A DNA stretch of 64,000 nucleotides from Mustelus asterias (taxonomy: Eukaryota): NCBI RefSeq assembly GCF_964213995.1, contig NC_135830.1:8308001-8372000 (forward strand). The letters run 5' to 3'. The translations under genes were made by a program, and so were the position numbers. The notes under the pieces are model-generated. The model worked only from the letters and a program-made list of their open reading frames with translations, ran no database searches and had not been told where the DNA came from. Of the stretch, positions 49,916 through 63,620 are shown one piece after another (within the stretch, counting starts at the first letter, position 1; every line of letters begins with the position of its first letter).

Positions 49916-50149
49916 TACATCCACATTGGAGGATGTTCCAATCGATAATGGCAGGCAGGCAGTAATAAAGCCCACAGCTAGATATGGGCCGATGTTACCT
50001 GAGTGTACACACCCTGAGGTCTGGTAACCTAGGCACACCATATTATATACATCTGCAGGGCTCCCGGATTTGGACAGCATTAACTGCCTCAATCAGGGAG
50101 CTCATATTCCACTATGTCCACCTGCTGGTTATCGTTAAAGTCATTAAGT

Positions 50150-50865
50150 ATGTTTCTCTGTCTCTTTCTGTCTTTCTGTGCATCCCTCTCTCTGTATCTC
50201 TCTCTCTCTCTCTCTCTCTCTGTGTCTCTCTCTCTGCCTGTTTCTCTGTGTCTCTTACTGTCTCTCTGCATCTCCTTCACTCACCTTCTCTCTACACTCT
50301 TCCTCTGTGGCTCCTCCCTCCTCTCAGTCTCACTCTCCTTCTCCCTCTCCTTCTCTGTCCCCCTTTTCTTATTTCTCTGTCTTTCTCTCTCTCTACCTCA
50401 CTCAGTCTTTTGCTCTTGCTGTGTCCATTGTACTCATTCAATCTGACTGTTTCAAATTCGCTGCCGCCCTCTGTCTCTGCATCTGTTTCTCTCTGCCTCC
50501 CTTTCTGTCTCCCTTTCCGTCTTAGTCTCCCTCTCTCATTACATCCTCCCATCTGTCTCCCTCTGTTTCCTTTTCTCATTCCCTGTCCATCTCCGTCCGC
50601 ATTTCCCCCAATCTCTATCCCTGTTTTTGTCGCTCTGTGAGAGTCCCCATCTGTCTCTGTCCTTTATCTCTGTCTCTCTCTCTGTCTCTCTCTCTCTCTC
50701 TCTGTTTCTTTCACTGTATCTGTTAGAAACTCTTTCAAAATCTGTCACGCTCCATGTATTTATGCCCTTCCCTCTCTCTGTCAATCTCCGTCTCTCTATC
50801 ACTCTCACTGTTGCTCTCACTGCCCTCTCTCTACCTGTCACTCTTTCTGACTCTGTGAGGCTCAT
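50150..50865. repeat. CT-rich low-complexity/microsatellite tract
   Basis: (CT)n runs and pyrimidine-rich strand just 3' of the GPCR stop codon. Confidence 0.9.
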
Positions 50866-50927
50866 TGTTATTTATAGTTTGAATGTCCTTTTGGATGAGT
50901 CAGGGGTCTTGAGGTTGTAGTTTCCTC

Positions 50928-51829
50928 TCAGGCTTTAATGAGTTGAAGAATTGAAGTAAGGGGATATTTCAGCAGATTTGTCAGCTGCTGCCTGAAGTGA
51001 GTCTGTGTCACAGCATAAATGGCAGTGTTTGTGCAGCAACTTGTGAGTTGCAGCATGAAACCCAATTCCTGAACGAAAAAATCTAACCATACCGATTGAT
51101 AGCCCAAACCATACAGCCGAGTCCATATAGAATAAAACATTAATGTCGACCACAAGAGGATGAAATTCGCTGAGATAACAAACAGTAAAATGATGGATTT
51201 CCTGCGACTCTCCATCTCTGGGTCTATGGGATTCTCTCCACTGCTGTGAACCCGGAGTCTCCTGCGAGCTCTGCTGCTCACTAAAATGTGTCTGACGGTG
51301 AAAGCATTGAGCAGCAGAATCAGGACGAATGGGACAGTCGGCGTTAGAATGTGGTGGAGGAACTCGATTGTTACCCAGACCGGAGAGAACATAACATCCC
51401 TTGTGACCAAACAAAACCAGGGGATGTTCATCAGCTGGTATTCATTTAGTAACATAAAATACCAGAAAATGTTCATTAAACAGCTCAGCGCCGTCACTGT
51501 TCCCAGAACCACAGCCGCCGATTTCTCACTGCAATATTTACTTTTCAGCTTGGGGCAGCAAATGGCCACAAATCGATCAAAGGTGAAAGCGACGGTGAAC
51601 CAGACAGAACAGTCAGTGGCTGCATAAAGCAGGACAGCGTGGATGTTACACACGGGGACCGAGTATAGGAAATCAAACTGTTCCGGATAAACAATGGGAA
51701 TGTGTCTGAATATCAGGTCGAGGATAACGACCAGCAGATCCCCCACTGACATGGCCACCAGGTAACGAGTGACACACTTGGACAGACCACAGTTTCTGCT
51801 CGTCAGTGTCACAATTGTGATAATGTTCA
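50928..51829 (-). CDS. GPR139/GPR142-like class A GPCR, exon 2
   Basis: Open 300-aa frame with hydrophobic TM segments, YLVAMSVGDLL (TM2), FTFDRFVAIC (DRY-like) and CCTNTAIY (NPxxY-like); pyrimidine tract plus AG acceptor at 51831-51830, phase 1. Confidence 0.93.
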
Positions 51830-51954
51830 CTGTCAGGAAGGGAAATGAAGAGTAAAATTAGACACGATTCGGGGAAGGAAGTTACCATTTAGACTGAGGA
51901 TGGGTTGAAATAAAAAAGATTGTACACACGTAAAATCACTTAAATCTTTTCTTC

Positions 51955-52125
51955 AAAATCCAGCACGTCTTTTGCAGTGTGAGAGGAAAGTGGAACATCC
52001 GGAGGAAACCCATGCAGACACGGGGAAAAGGTCCAAACTCCACACAGACAGTGACCCAAGCCTGGAATTGAACCCAGGTCCCTGATGCTGTGAGTCAGCA
52101 GTGCTAACCACAGTGTTACGGTCCT
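51955..52125 (-). mobile_element. SINE head (HE1-like)
   Basis: gtggttagcactgctg..gggttcaattcc on the - strand. Confidence 0.6.
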
Positions 52126-52739
52126 GCTCCATGGTAGCAACACAGTGGTATATATTTGGGAGAGAGCTTTCCGGGGAGTCCACAACATTGACCCTCACTC
52201 AGCTACAAGTAACTAGCCCCTCTACCTTCTGGGGGATTTGGAGGGTAAGAAGGATGAGGGAGTAAACCCTGACAGAAAATCCTGACTGTAGTCCTATAGA
52301 TGGTAATCTGTCGTCTCTCAGACAGCTTACTGACAACCCCTGCAAAAGAGCTGGTACCAAAGAGGGCTGGTTTGACCCTTGCCTCCGGACAATACTAACA
52401 GTTGGCAGAGGGAGATCCTGATGCCTTGACAGCACAGAATCTCTCTTATATTTACACAGAACTGTACCCTGGAGAGGAGATCACAGCATTGTGGCCACTG
52501 GTAGCACAACACAGGAAGAAATAGTCATCTCACAGACGATTGGCACGGAACGCAGCTTCCAGTGTTTACTTTCAAGAGTGGGAGAAAGCTTCAGGGTTCA
52601 GGGAATAGCTATCGTCCATAATACTCAGTGCGATTGGTGCTGTCCCACTTTGGTCTATTGGACCAGTGCAGCTACATGAGTCCTCTCTCGGCAGGAAGGT
52701 TGCTTATCTATGCCCCAGGTAAAACTCAAACAAAGGCCA

Positions 52740-54400
52740 GTACCAGAGGAAAAGCCAAGCAGGCAGTCTTAATGCCTATCGTCCGGTGACTCTGATATCC
52801 AATGTTATGAAATGCATCAAAAGGTTAGTCATGGCATGAATCAGTTCCGGCTTCCGAGATTGCCTGGATCCACTACAGTTCACCGACATACACAACAGGT
52901 CCACAATGCCATCTCCCTGGCCCGACAGTGAACCCTGGAACACAGACTCGTGTTTATCGACTACAGCTCAGCCTGCAACACCATTAGTCCTACGAATCTC
53001 ATATCCAAAGTCCGTGGCCCTGGGCTTGGCTCCTGCCTCTGCAATTGGATCCTGAACTTCCTAATCCATAGACAGAAAAATTAAGGACAATCAACAACAT
53101 CTCCTTCACAATCATCCTCAACAATGTTGCCCCGTAAGGCTGCGTCCTCAGCCCCTTACTATACTCCTTATACACTGGTGACTGTGTGGCCAAATTCCCC
53201 TCCAACTCGATTTCCAAGTTTGCTGATGACACCTGCAGGAGGTCGGAGGAAGAGACAGAGAATCTGGCGAACAGGGGCGACAACACTAATCTCTTCCTCA
53301 AAGTCAACAAAGCAAATCGACTTTTGGAAGCATAGTGGAGTGCATACCCCTATCTACATCAATGGGATGAAGTTGAAATGGTCGAGAGCTTCACGTTTTA
53401 GGGTCCAGATGACGAACAATCTTTCCTGGTTCCTCCATGGCAACTCTATAATTAAAAATGCCTACATACGCCTCCATTTTCTCAGAGGTTTACGGACATT
53501 TGGCATGTCAGCTGTGACTCACCAACTTTTACAGATGCGCCATAAATAACATTCTAACTTGGTATGGCTCTTGCTCTGTCCAAGACTGCAAGAAACTTCA
53601 AAGCTTGGTGAATGCAGACCAGTCCATCACTCAAGCCAACCTCCCACTCATTGACTCTGTCTAAACTTCCCGTTGCCTCACAAAAGCAACCAGCCTAATT
53701 AAGGAATAGCGCACCACGGACATCAACTCTTCCCACTTGTTCCATCAGATAAAAAGATAAAAAATGTGTGAGGACATGTACCAACCGACCCATAAAATCA
53801 TAGAAAGACTGCAGTGCAGAAGGTGGCCATTTGACCCATCGAGTCTACACCGAAAACAATTCCACCCAGGCCCTATCCCCAAAATCCCACATAAGTGGCC
53901 TGCTAAGCCCCGAAACATACATATCCCAGGACGCTAATGGGCAGTTCACATGGCCAATCAACCTAACCTGCACATTTTGGATTGTGGGTGAAAACCGGAG
54001 CATCCGGAGCAAGCCCATGCACATATGGGTGGAATTTGCAAATTCCACACAGACAGTGATCCAAGCCAGGAATCGAACTCAGGTTCCTGTGAGACAGCAG
54101 CGCTAACCATTGTGCCACCATGCTTCCGGCTCAAGAACAGTTCCTCTGCTGCCATCTGACGTTTGAATGGACCCACATTGCATTAAGATGATCTTTTACT
54201 TCATCCTAGCGATGACTGCAACATTACATTCTGCACTCTCTCCTTCTATGAATGTACCGATCATCTGCAAAAGCGAGCTCTGGTCACCTCCGTCTCTACA
54301 CGTGGTTTTGCAAGTGCTGGAAGTAGTGTAGTGCACATTGATGGTCTACAGTATGCTTTGTCTATATGGCACTCAAGAACCAACACTTTTCACTGTATAT
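52740..54400 (+). mobile_element. Degenerate Rex/Babar LINE with nested SINE (about 53795-54122, - strand)
   Basis: LDPLQF, IDYSSA, LCNWIL, GCVLSPLLYSLYT and KFADDT in shifted frames. Confidence 0.75.
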
Positions 54401-55214
54401 CCAATGTTATTGAAATGCATCAAAACGTTCGTCATGGCATGAATCAATTCCGGCCTCACAGCTTGCCTGGATACACTACAGTTCACCTACCTCCCCAACT
54501 AGTCCACGGACACCATCTCCCTGGCCCAACACCGAACTCTGTAAAACTGTAACCCTGAACATAGAGAAGGAGACAGGGAAGAATGTAATGTTGCAATCAT
54601 AGCTTGGGTGTAGAAAAAGATAATCGTAATGCGATGTGGGTCCATTAAAACGTCAGATGGCAGCAGAGAAGAAGCTGTTCTTCAGCCGGCAGCATGATGG
54701 CACAATGGTTAGCACTGCTGTCTCACAGGGACCTGAGTTCGATTCCTGGCTTGGATCACATATTTATTATATGTGAAAACAATAAACCAAATCAATTCAA
54801 ATCAAATCAAATAAGTATTTCGCATCTCAACCTGAAGCATCAGCATGATGTGCCCTGGCCTTCCCAATGAACTTACGTAGGTTCATGATGTACACGGGAC
54901 GGCTGTGATCGAGACTGAATTTACAAGGCTGAATGTGGACGGTGGGGAGCTGCGAGAAACTGGACTTGCTCACAGTGGATCCATTCCAGAGGAAACCACA
55001 CGTTCTTGTAATAGGACAAATCCCAACAGGCGAGATGTGAGAATGGAACAAAGTTTAAAAAAAGCTTCATTAGTGCTGATGGAATCCCAGGAATTGAAAT
55101 GGGATCCCAGATGCTGTGAGAGAGCAGTGCTAACCACTGTGCCATCCTGCCATCCTGCAAGGTGCCCTATACACCATCATCACCATATCCGTGGTAGGGA
55201 AAAGATTGGAAAAC

Positions 55215-57720
55215 AATTTGTGGGACAGAATTAATCTCCAATTCGAGAGGTAAGGATTTATGAACAATAGTCAGCATGGCTTTGTCAGGGGAAGATCATG
55301 TCGAACAATTCGCTGGAACATATTGAGGAGGTGACTGGATGAGTACATGAGAGAAGTGCAGTCGATGTAGTCGACGTGTTCTTCAGAACAGCTTTTCACA
55401 AATATGGGAGACTGAACAAGGAAGTGATTCCGATTGGAACCAAGGTAAATTAGGTAAATTATATTCAAAATTGGCTGAGTGGCAGGGGGCAGAGGGTGTT
55501 GGTCGAAGGCTGCTTTTGTGAATGCAAACCTGTGTTCATTAGCCTACTCCTCCTCCTATTTCTTATGTTCTTATGTTCATTGGGGTTCCACAGGGAGCGA
55601 TGCTGGGTCCCTTGCTGTTTGTAGTGTACATTGATGGTTTAGGCATGAATGTGTGAGGTGTGATCAGTAAGTTCGTAGATGATACAAAAATTGCTGGTGT
55701 GGTAAATATTGAGGAGGAAAGCCCTAGATTACAGGAATCATAGAATCCTACAGTGCAGAAGGAGGCCAATCGGCCCACTTAGTCTGCACTGAGCACAATC
55801 CCACACAGCGATATCCCCATAATCCCATGCATTTACCCAAGCAATTCTCCCTGACACTAAGTCCAGTATATCCTGGCCAATCCATCTAACCCACAAGTCT
55901 TCCGACTGTGGGAGGAAACTGGAGCACCCAGAGGAAACCCATGCAGACATGGGGAGAATGTGCAAACTCCACAAAAATGTGGTACAAGCCAGGAATCGAA
56001 CACACGCCCCTGGCGCTGTGGGGCAGCAGTGTTAGCTCCGAGCGTTCCCCTGTTCGGGCGGAATTCCACATTGGCCCAAAGCCTCAGCCCCCTCCCCTGG
56101 GTGAGGTACCCCACAGCCTGAGCCGCCTCGCGGTAATGCCCTCCGTGCCTTTTTCTACCGCGCGGAGGCGTTTCCTGTGCGGGCTGCTGCTGCACACCTT
56201 CCATCACTGCCTCCTCGCCTGTCGCCCGGATACACCTTGGCGGGCCTTGTTGCCGCCGGGCGGCGGAGGTCCCCGCTGGAGGTCCCTCTACGGAGGGATC
56301 TCCCCCAATTACGTCGGGGACCTGGGGTGGAGGGTGATGCATGCAGCAGTTCCGCACAACCGTAGGGTTCACTGGTTCACGGGCTCCGAAGACTGCCCTT
56401 TCTGCGGCCTTGTGGAGTCCGTGGACCACGTCTTTGTTGTGTGTCTTAGGCTGCACTCCCTTTATGTTTTCCTGAAGAACCTTTTGTTGATGTTTTGTCT
56501 GCACTTCAGTCCCACGCTCCTGATCTACGGACACCCGGTGCGGAGAGGGGAGGGTCGGGATGGCGACCTCCTCGTGAACCTGCTCCTGGGCCTGGCGAAA
56601 CGCGCCATTTACCGGTCCAGGCTGCGGGCGATCGAGGGGGCCGTCCATCCTGACTGTCTTCCCCTCTACCGCGGCTACGTTCGCGGCCAGGTGTCCCTGG
56701 AGAGGGAGCATGCGGTGTCCACGGGCGAGGTTGACGCTTTCCGTGCCCGCTGGGCACCGCAGGGGTTGGGGTGCATCATTGACCCCAATAATCACATTTT
56801 AATTTGATGTTTTTAAGTTTCCTTTGTACTTTGATTTCTGTTCGGGCTGTTCCCCCTCCTTTTTGGGGAGCTGCCCCTTTTACTTTGTCCTGATTTAATC
56901 TGAGTTTGTTTACTTGGTTTGGTTTGACCGAAAAAGAGGGCAGCAGTGTTAGCCACTATGCCACGGTGCTGAGGAAACTGAAAGGCTGGTCAAATGGGCA
57001 AATGTAATTTACACCTGAAAAATGTGAGGCGATGCATTTGGGACGACTATCCAGGCAAGGAAATGTACCATGTCCGGTCGAGTGTGAGTAATTGCAGAGG
57101 ACCAGAATGAATTTGGGGTGCAAATATGCGGATCCCGAAAAGCAGCAAGACAGGCAGATGACGTGGTTAAGACGACATGTAGGATACTTGCCTTTAGCAG
57201 CCGCAGCATAGGATATAAGAGCTGGGAGGTTATGATGGAAGTGTATAAAATGCTGGTTAGACCAGAGCAAGAGTACTCTGTGCAGCTCTGGTCATCACAC
57301 TACAGGAAGGATGTAATTGCACTGGAGAGGGTGGAGAGGAGATTCACCAGGATGCTGCCTGGGCGGGAGAGTTCGAGCTATGAGGAGAGGCTGGTTAGGC
57401 TGGGTTTTTTACCTTAGAGCAGAGACGGCTGGAGTTGGAGCGGGTGTAGTGGGTGGTGGTGGGGAACGCTTTCAGGTTGGCGGGGGGGGGGGGGGGACTG
57501 AGTGATGCGTACAAAGTTATATGGCACAGTGATAGGAAGAAACTTTTTCCCTTTAGTCGAGCTGTCAATAACCAGAGGGGCGTGGATTTAAGGCAAAGGG
57601 CAGATTTTTGTTTGGATTGAAGGAAAAATGTTTCCATCCACAGGGTGCTGGCATCTGCAGCTCACGGCCTGAAAGGATGGTAGAAGCGGGAATAACCACA
57701 AGAGGCATTTAGATCAGCAA
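55215..57720 (+). mobile_element. Old CR1 fragment interrupted by a SINE (55735-56970, - strand), itself interrupted by Tx1
   Basis: QHGF, GVPQG and YKMLVRP..YEERL remnants on both sides. Confidence 0.7.
56037..56937 (+). mobile_element. Tx1/L1-clade LINE 3' fragment with 16-bp TSD
   Basis: Open ORF2 C-terminus with CPFC..ESVDHVF..C zinc knuckle, T-rich 3' UTR; TSD GGGCAGCAGTGTTAGC at 56021-56036 and 56938-56953. Confidence 0.88.
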
Positions 57721-57739
57721 CTCAAACGCCAGAGCACAA

Positions 57740-58205
57740 AATTATTAAACTAGAAAGAGTGCAGAAAAGATTTACGAGGATGCTGAGGCTGAATAGACTG
57801 GGACTTTTTTCTCTGGAGCGTAGGAGGCTGAGGGGTTACCTTAGAGAGCTTGATAAAATAATGAGGGGTATAGACAAGTTAGACAGTCAATATATTTTCC
57901 CAAAGGTAGGGGAGTCTAAAATTCGAGGCCAAAGTTTTAAGGTGAGAGGGGAGAGTTACAAAAGGGTCCAGAGGGGCAATTTTGTTACACAGAGGGTGGT
58001 GAGTGTCTGGAACAAGCTGCCAGGGACAGTAGTAGAGGCGGGTACAATTTTTTTTAAAGCGTTTAGATAGTTGCATGGGGACGATGGGCAGAGAGGGATA
58101 TGGGCCAAATGTGGGCAATTGGGATTAGATTAGGGGTTTAAAAAGAAAGGGCGCCATGGACAAGAAGGGCCGAAGGGCCTGTTTCCATGCTGTAAACTCT
58201 ATGAC
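57740..58205 (+). mobile_element. CR1 3' fragment (its 3' part starts duplication copy A)
   Basis: ORF 57759-58070; paralog at 30595-30925. Confidence 0.85.
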
Positions 58206-58639
58206 AAGGCTGTGGATCGAGTGCTGGAAAATGGGATTCGATTGGATCGGTGTTTGATGACCAGTTCACACATAATGGGCCGAAGGGCCTCATTTTGTGC
58301 GGTTAAAACTCGATGGCTGCTGGACCACCCTCAGCAGTGGCCCCATCACTTGCAGCTCTCACAGCGCTGGCTGGGACACCGACCACCTCCCAAACCTATG
58401 GGGCTGCAAATGCGCAATTGCAGCCAGCAGTGAGCTGCCTGGTCTGAGAGAGACACCTGTCAGCTCTCTGCTGCTGCAGCTCGTTTCTACACAGCCGCTG
58501 CCCCCAGATAGTCCGGGGATCCGCAGCTCTTTCTGTGCAGCCCCCGACTCAATATAGACCCAGCCCCCTCCCCACCAATTGGACCAATCACACCCCCCCC
58601 TCCTTCCCCCAAACCAATTGCAAGACGATTGTCAGCAGG

Positions 58640-59020
58640 GTACCTCACCCTAACCCACTGTGCATGCAGACAGGCAGCAAGACCCCCCTCCCTGCCCCAC
58701 TGTGTATGCAGAGAGGCAGCGAGACCCCCCTCCCTACCCCAATGTGCATGCAGGGAGGCAGCGTGATCCCCTCCCTACCCCACTGTGCATGCAGAGCGGC
58801 ATAAAGACCCCCTCCCTACCCCACTGTCCATGCAGAGAGGCAGCGAGACCCCCCTCCCTACACCACTTTGCAAGCACAGAGGCAGCGAGACCCCCCTCCC
58901 TACCTCACTGTGCATGCAGAGAGGCAGTGAGACCCCCTGCCTCCCCCACGGTCCATGCAGAGAGGCAGTGATGCCCCCTCCCTACCCCACTATGCATGCA
59001 GAGAGGCAGTGATGCCCCCC
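58640..59020. repeat. About 41-42 bp minisatellite, about 9 copies
   Basis: gcatgcagagaggcagcgagacccccctccctaccccactgt units; about 3 copies at 31340-31460. Confidence 0.85.
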
Positions 59021-60067
59021 ACCCTTCCAACACCAATCACGTGCAGAGTGGCAGCGGGGACCACCCCACCTCACAGACAGCGTGCAGAGTGGTAACGGGA
59101 CCCTCTCCCACCCAGCAACTACGTTCAGAGTAGGCCCGGCTACCTTCAGGCTCCGCTCCTGTAGACCCCGCCACCTCATGCCCCACTCCCTGGTACTGCC
59201 CGGTGGGCATTGCCCAAGGGGCACCTATCTTTGCCCTCGACCTTGCCCAGTGCCCTCAATGGCCTTCGGTTCTATCGACGAGGCCATCACGACTCGTCCT
59301 CATACATGTGGCCAGCTGTTTTCCTCACCAGACCCAACCTCTCCCGGTGAAGCTGAAAGGCAAGTGTGGCGCACAATTCCATCCCAGGCTCGCTAATGTT
59401 ATTTAAATTTGTGTCAAAATCAATTTAAATAATTTATTCAGCGTCTTGCCAGAGATAGGCAGGAGACTCAATCCGCCACATATCCGTTGCCGGTGAAGGT
59501 TGCAAGAGGCGAGAAATGGGGCGTGGACCTGAGTTCTAAGCTGTCATGCGGTTTTACTTGATCACCCCGCCATCAATGGGCAGGGAGTAGTTGTTATCCT
59601 GCCCCCCTGCCGTGTGTGTGTTGCGTGTGTCCATATTGCCTGTAGCAGTATGCATGTGTGTGTGTGCGTGATTTGTGTGTGAGCAACAGAGCACCTGTCG
59701 AGTGTTCCTAAGTGTGGGTTATTCTGGAGTGTTACACCAATTTTGGTTCTTGAATTTGTGTGTGAGTGGGAGTAAGTGTCTAAATCTCATTGCTTTTATC
59801 AGTAAATGTGTGTATTAATATATGTGCGTTCGGGTGTGTCTGTATGTTTGTGTTCCTGTGACTCCAGGATCGCGTTTTTGCGTCATAGCACTCGGGGCCC
59901 TGGATCAATTCCAGGCTTGGCTACAGTCTGTGCAAAGTCCCTGTGTCTGCGTGGGTTTCCTCCAGGTGCTCCGGTTTCCTCCCACTATCTGAAAGTTGTG
60001 CTGTTTCGGTGCATTGGCCCAGCTAAATTGTCCCTCAGTTTATCCGAACAAGCACTGGAGTATTGTC

Positions 60068-63044
60068 CAGAACATAGAACATAGAAAAGCGACAGCACAA
60101 ACAGGTCCTTCGGCCCACAAGTTGCGCTGAACAATTTCCTTACCTTCCAGGCTCATCTATAACCCTCTATCTTACTAACCTCCATGAACCTATCCAAAAG
60201 TCTCTTAAAAGACTCAATCAAATCCGCTTCCACCACCACCACCGGCAGCCCATTCGACACACCCACCACCCTCTGAGTGAAAAACGTACCCTTAACATCT
60301 CCTCTGTACCTACTCCCCAGCACCCTAAACCTGTGACTTCTTGGGTAAAAGCCTCTGAGAATCCACTCTATCAATACCTCTCAACATCTTATACACCTCT
60401 ATCAGGTCACCTCTCATCATTCGCCTCTCCAAGGAGAATAGACCAAGCTCTCTCAACCTATCTTCATAAGGCATACCACTTATTCCCGGCAACATCCTCG
60501 TAAATCTCCTCTGCACCCGTTCGATGGCTTCTACATCCTTTCAGTAATGAGGCGACCAGAACTGGGCTCAGTATTGCAGGTGGGGTCTGACCTGGGTCCT
60601 ACACAGCTGCAGGATTATCTCCCGATTTTTAAACTCAATTCCCCTCTTGATGAAGGCCAGTATTCCATACGCTTTCTTAACCACAGCCTCTACCTGCGAC
60701 GCTTCTTTGAGCATCCTATGCACCTGGACCCCAAGATCCCTCTGTTCTTCCACACTGCCAAGCATCTTACACTTCATATTATATTCTTCTATCCAATTCG
60801 ACCTGCCAAAATGAACCACCACACACGTATCTGGGTTGAAGTCCATCTGCCACTTCTCTGCCCAGTCTTGCATCTTATCTGTGTCTCGTTGCAATTGCTG
60901 ACATCCCTCTACACTATCCACAACACCTCCAACCTTTGTGTCATCAGCAAACTTGCCAACCTATCCTTCCACTTCTTCATCCAGGTCATTTATAAAAATC
61001 ACAAAGAGCAAGGGTCCCAGAACAGATCCCTGGGGCACCCCACTGGTGACAGACCTCCACTCTGAAAAAGGCCCATCTGCAGCCACTCTTTGCCTTCTCT
61101 GGGCAAGCCAGTTCTGAATCCACAAAGCAACGTCCCCTTGTATCCCATGCCCCTTCACTTTCTCTAAAAGCCTTGCATGGGACACCTTATCGAACGCCTT
61201 ACTGAAATCCATATAAACCACATCTACCGCTCTTCCCCCGACTAAGTGTCTAGTCACATCTTCAAAAAATTCAATCCGATTCGGAAGGCATGATCTGCCT
61301 CGGACAAAGCCGTGCTGGCTCCTTCTGATCATACTATTCCTTTCCAAATGTTCATAAATCCTGCCTCTCAGGATCTTCTCCATCAACTTACCTACCACTG
61401 AGGTTAGACTCACCGGTCTATAATTTCCTGGTCTATCTCTTCTCCCTTTCTTGAATAACGGAACCACATCCGCCATTCTCCAATCCTCCGGAACCTCTCC
61501 CGTCTCCATTGACGATGCAAAGATCATCGCCAGAGGATCAGCAATCTCTTCCCTCGCCTCCCACAGTAACCTGGGGTACATCCCATCCGGTCCCGGTGAT
61601 TTATCTAACTTGATGCTTTTCAACAGCTCCAACACATCCTCTTTCCTAATGCCCACATGCTCAATCTTCTCAGTCCACTGCAAGTCTGAACTGCAACTAC
61701 CAAGATCCTTTTCCACTGTGAATACTGAAGCAAAGTATTCATTGAGTACCTCTGCTATTTCAACCGGTTCAATACAGACTTTCCCACCGTCACATCTGAT
61801 AGGTCCCACTCCTTCACATCTTATCCTCTTGCTCTTCACATACTTGTAGAATGCCTTGGGGTTTTCCTTTATCCTGTCTGCCAACGCCTTCTCATGTCCC
61901 CTCCTAGTTCTTCTAATTTCCCTCTTTAGTTCCTTCCTACTAGTCGTATACTCTTCCAGATTTCTAATATTACCTAGCTCCCTGAACCTTTTGTCGGCTT
62001 TTCTTTTCTTCCTGACTAAATCCGTTACAACTTTCGTGCACTATGGTTCCTGTAACCTACCATAACTCCCCTGTCGCACCGGAACATTGCCGTGCAGAGC
62101 TCCAGACAAATTTTCCTTGAAAATTTGCCACATTTCTTCCGGACATTTCACAGAAAAAAAACCTCCTTCCAATTTATGCCTCTAATTTCCTGCCTAATAG
62201 CATCATAGTTGCCCTTACTCTCGATAAACACTTTCCTCGCTCGTTGATCCTACCTCTCTCCAATGCAAGTGTACCGGAGATAGAGTTATGATCACTATCC
62301 CCAACATGCTCTCCCACTGATAGACCTGACACCTGCCCAGGTTCATTCCCTAATATCAAATCAAGCACGGCCTCTCCTCTTGTAGGCTTATCCACATGCT
62401 GTGTCAGGAAGCTCTCCTGAACACACCGAACAAACTCCTCTCCATCTAAACCCCTTACCCTAGGGATAGTCCAATCGATATTTGGGAAATTAAAATCTCT
62501 CATCAAGGCCACTCTGTTATTATCACATCTCTCCAAACTCTGCTTCCCAATCCGCTCCTCCACATCTCTGATACTATTGGGCGGCCTATAGAAACCACCC
62601 AGTAAAATTACCAACCCCTTCCTGTTCCTAACTTCCACCCACAGAGATTCCGCAGACAATCCTTCCGTGGCATCCATCTTTTCTACAGCACTGACACTAT
62701 CCCTGATCAACAGTGCCACTTCCCCACCTCTTTTGCCTCCTTCCCTGTCCCTCCTGAAACATCTGAAACCCGCCACTTGAAGTACCCAGTCCTGACCCTG
62801 AGATAACCAAGTCTCTGTAATGGCCACCACATCACACTTCCAAGCAGCGCTCCACGCTTCAAACTCATCCATTTTGTTCGCTATACTCCTTGTGTTAAAA
62901 TAAACACACCTCAACCCTTCGGTCTGAGAGCTCCCCTTCCCCTTCACCTGCCTATCCTCCCTCTCACACTGCCGACCAGTCCCCCTTATTTTTACTCTAA
63001 CCTCTTCTCTCCCAGTCACCACATTTTGATTCCCACTCCCCAGG
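60068..63044 (-). mobile_element. CR1 LINE ORF2 (EN-RT) specific to duplication copy A, inserted in a SINE
   Basis: ORFs 62174-63022, 60961-61884 and 60568-60921; absent at the paralogous site near 32530. Confidence 0.9.
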
Positions 63045-63620
63045 GGATTTTTACAGTAACTTCATTGCAATGTTAATGTTCCCATACTTGTGACACGAAT
63101 GAATAAACTTCAAACTTTACAAAACTGTTCTCTCTCTGTGAGATCTTGCTGTGCACATATGACCAATAAAATGGATTCTGCATTCTGGTGACGGGGTGTG
63201 TGATTAACAGTGAACTGGTGTTATATTTAGAGGGTAAAAAGGGTTCTGTCTCAATCTTTTACTCACGAAGGAATAGCGTTTGAGGTCAAATGTCTATGGA
63301 AAGTCACAGCACACAGAAGACATCTTAGCCCATAGGCCCTGAGACAATATCAGTGGCTGAAAGAATTAATAACTGGATACAGAGATTCAACAGAAACAAC
63401 AAGAGCACCAAATCGAGTACAGTAAATGACAAGAAAATCAATAAGATTAAAAAGCCTTTCTAGAATTAGGAACTGGACACAGGGGACGGGACTTTACTGA
63501 TTCACTATTCCCCAAGCTGCAAAATCGCACTCGTGTTCAACAAACCTTCCTATGCTCCGCCCCTCGCCTGCTCCGATCCCCGTGGCGGTCGGGCCGGTAC
63601 AATTCCAGCCAGGGACTTAC

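Noticed and set aside
49984-50920. Long Leu/Ser-rich and Arg/Glu-rich ORFs
   Set aside because: Artefacts of the CT/GA low-complexity tract
55857-56795. 312-aa ORF on the - strand
   Set aside because: Antisense shadow of the GC-rich Tx1 ORF2
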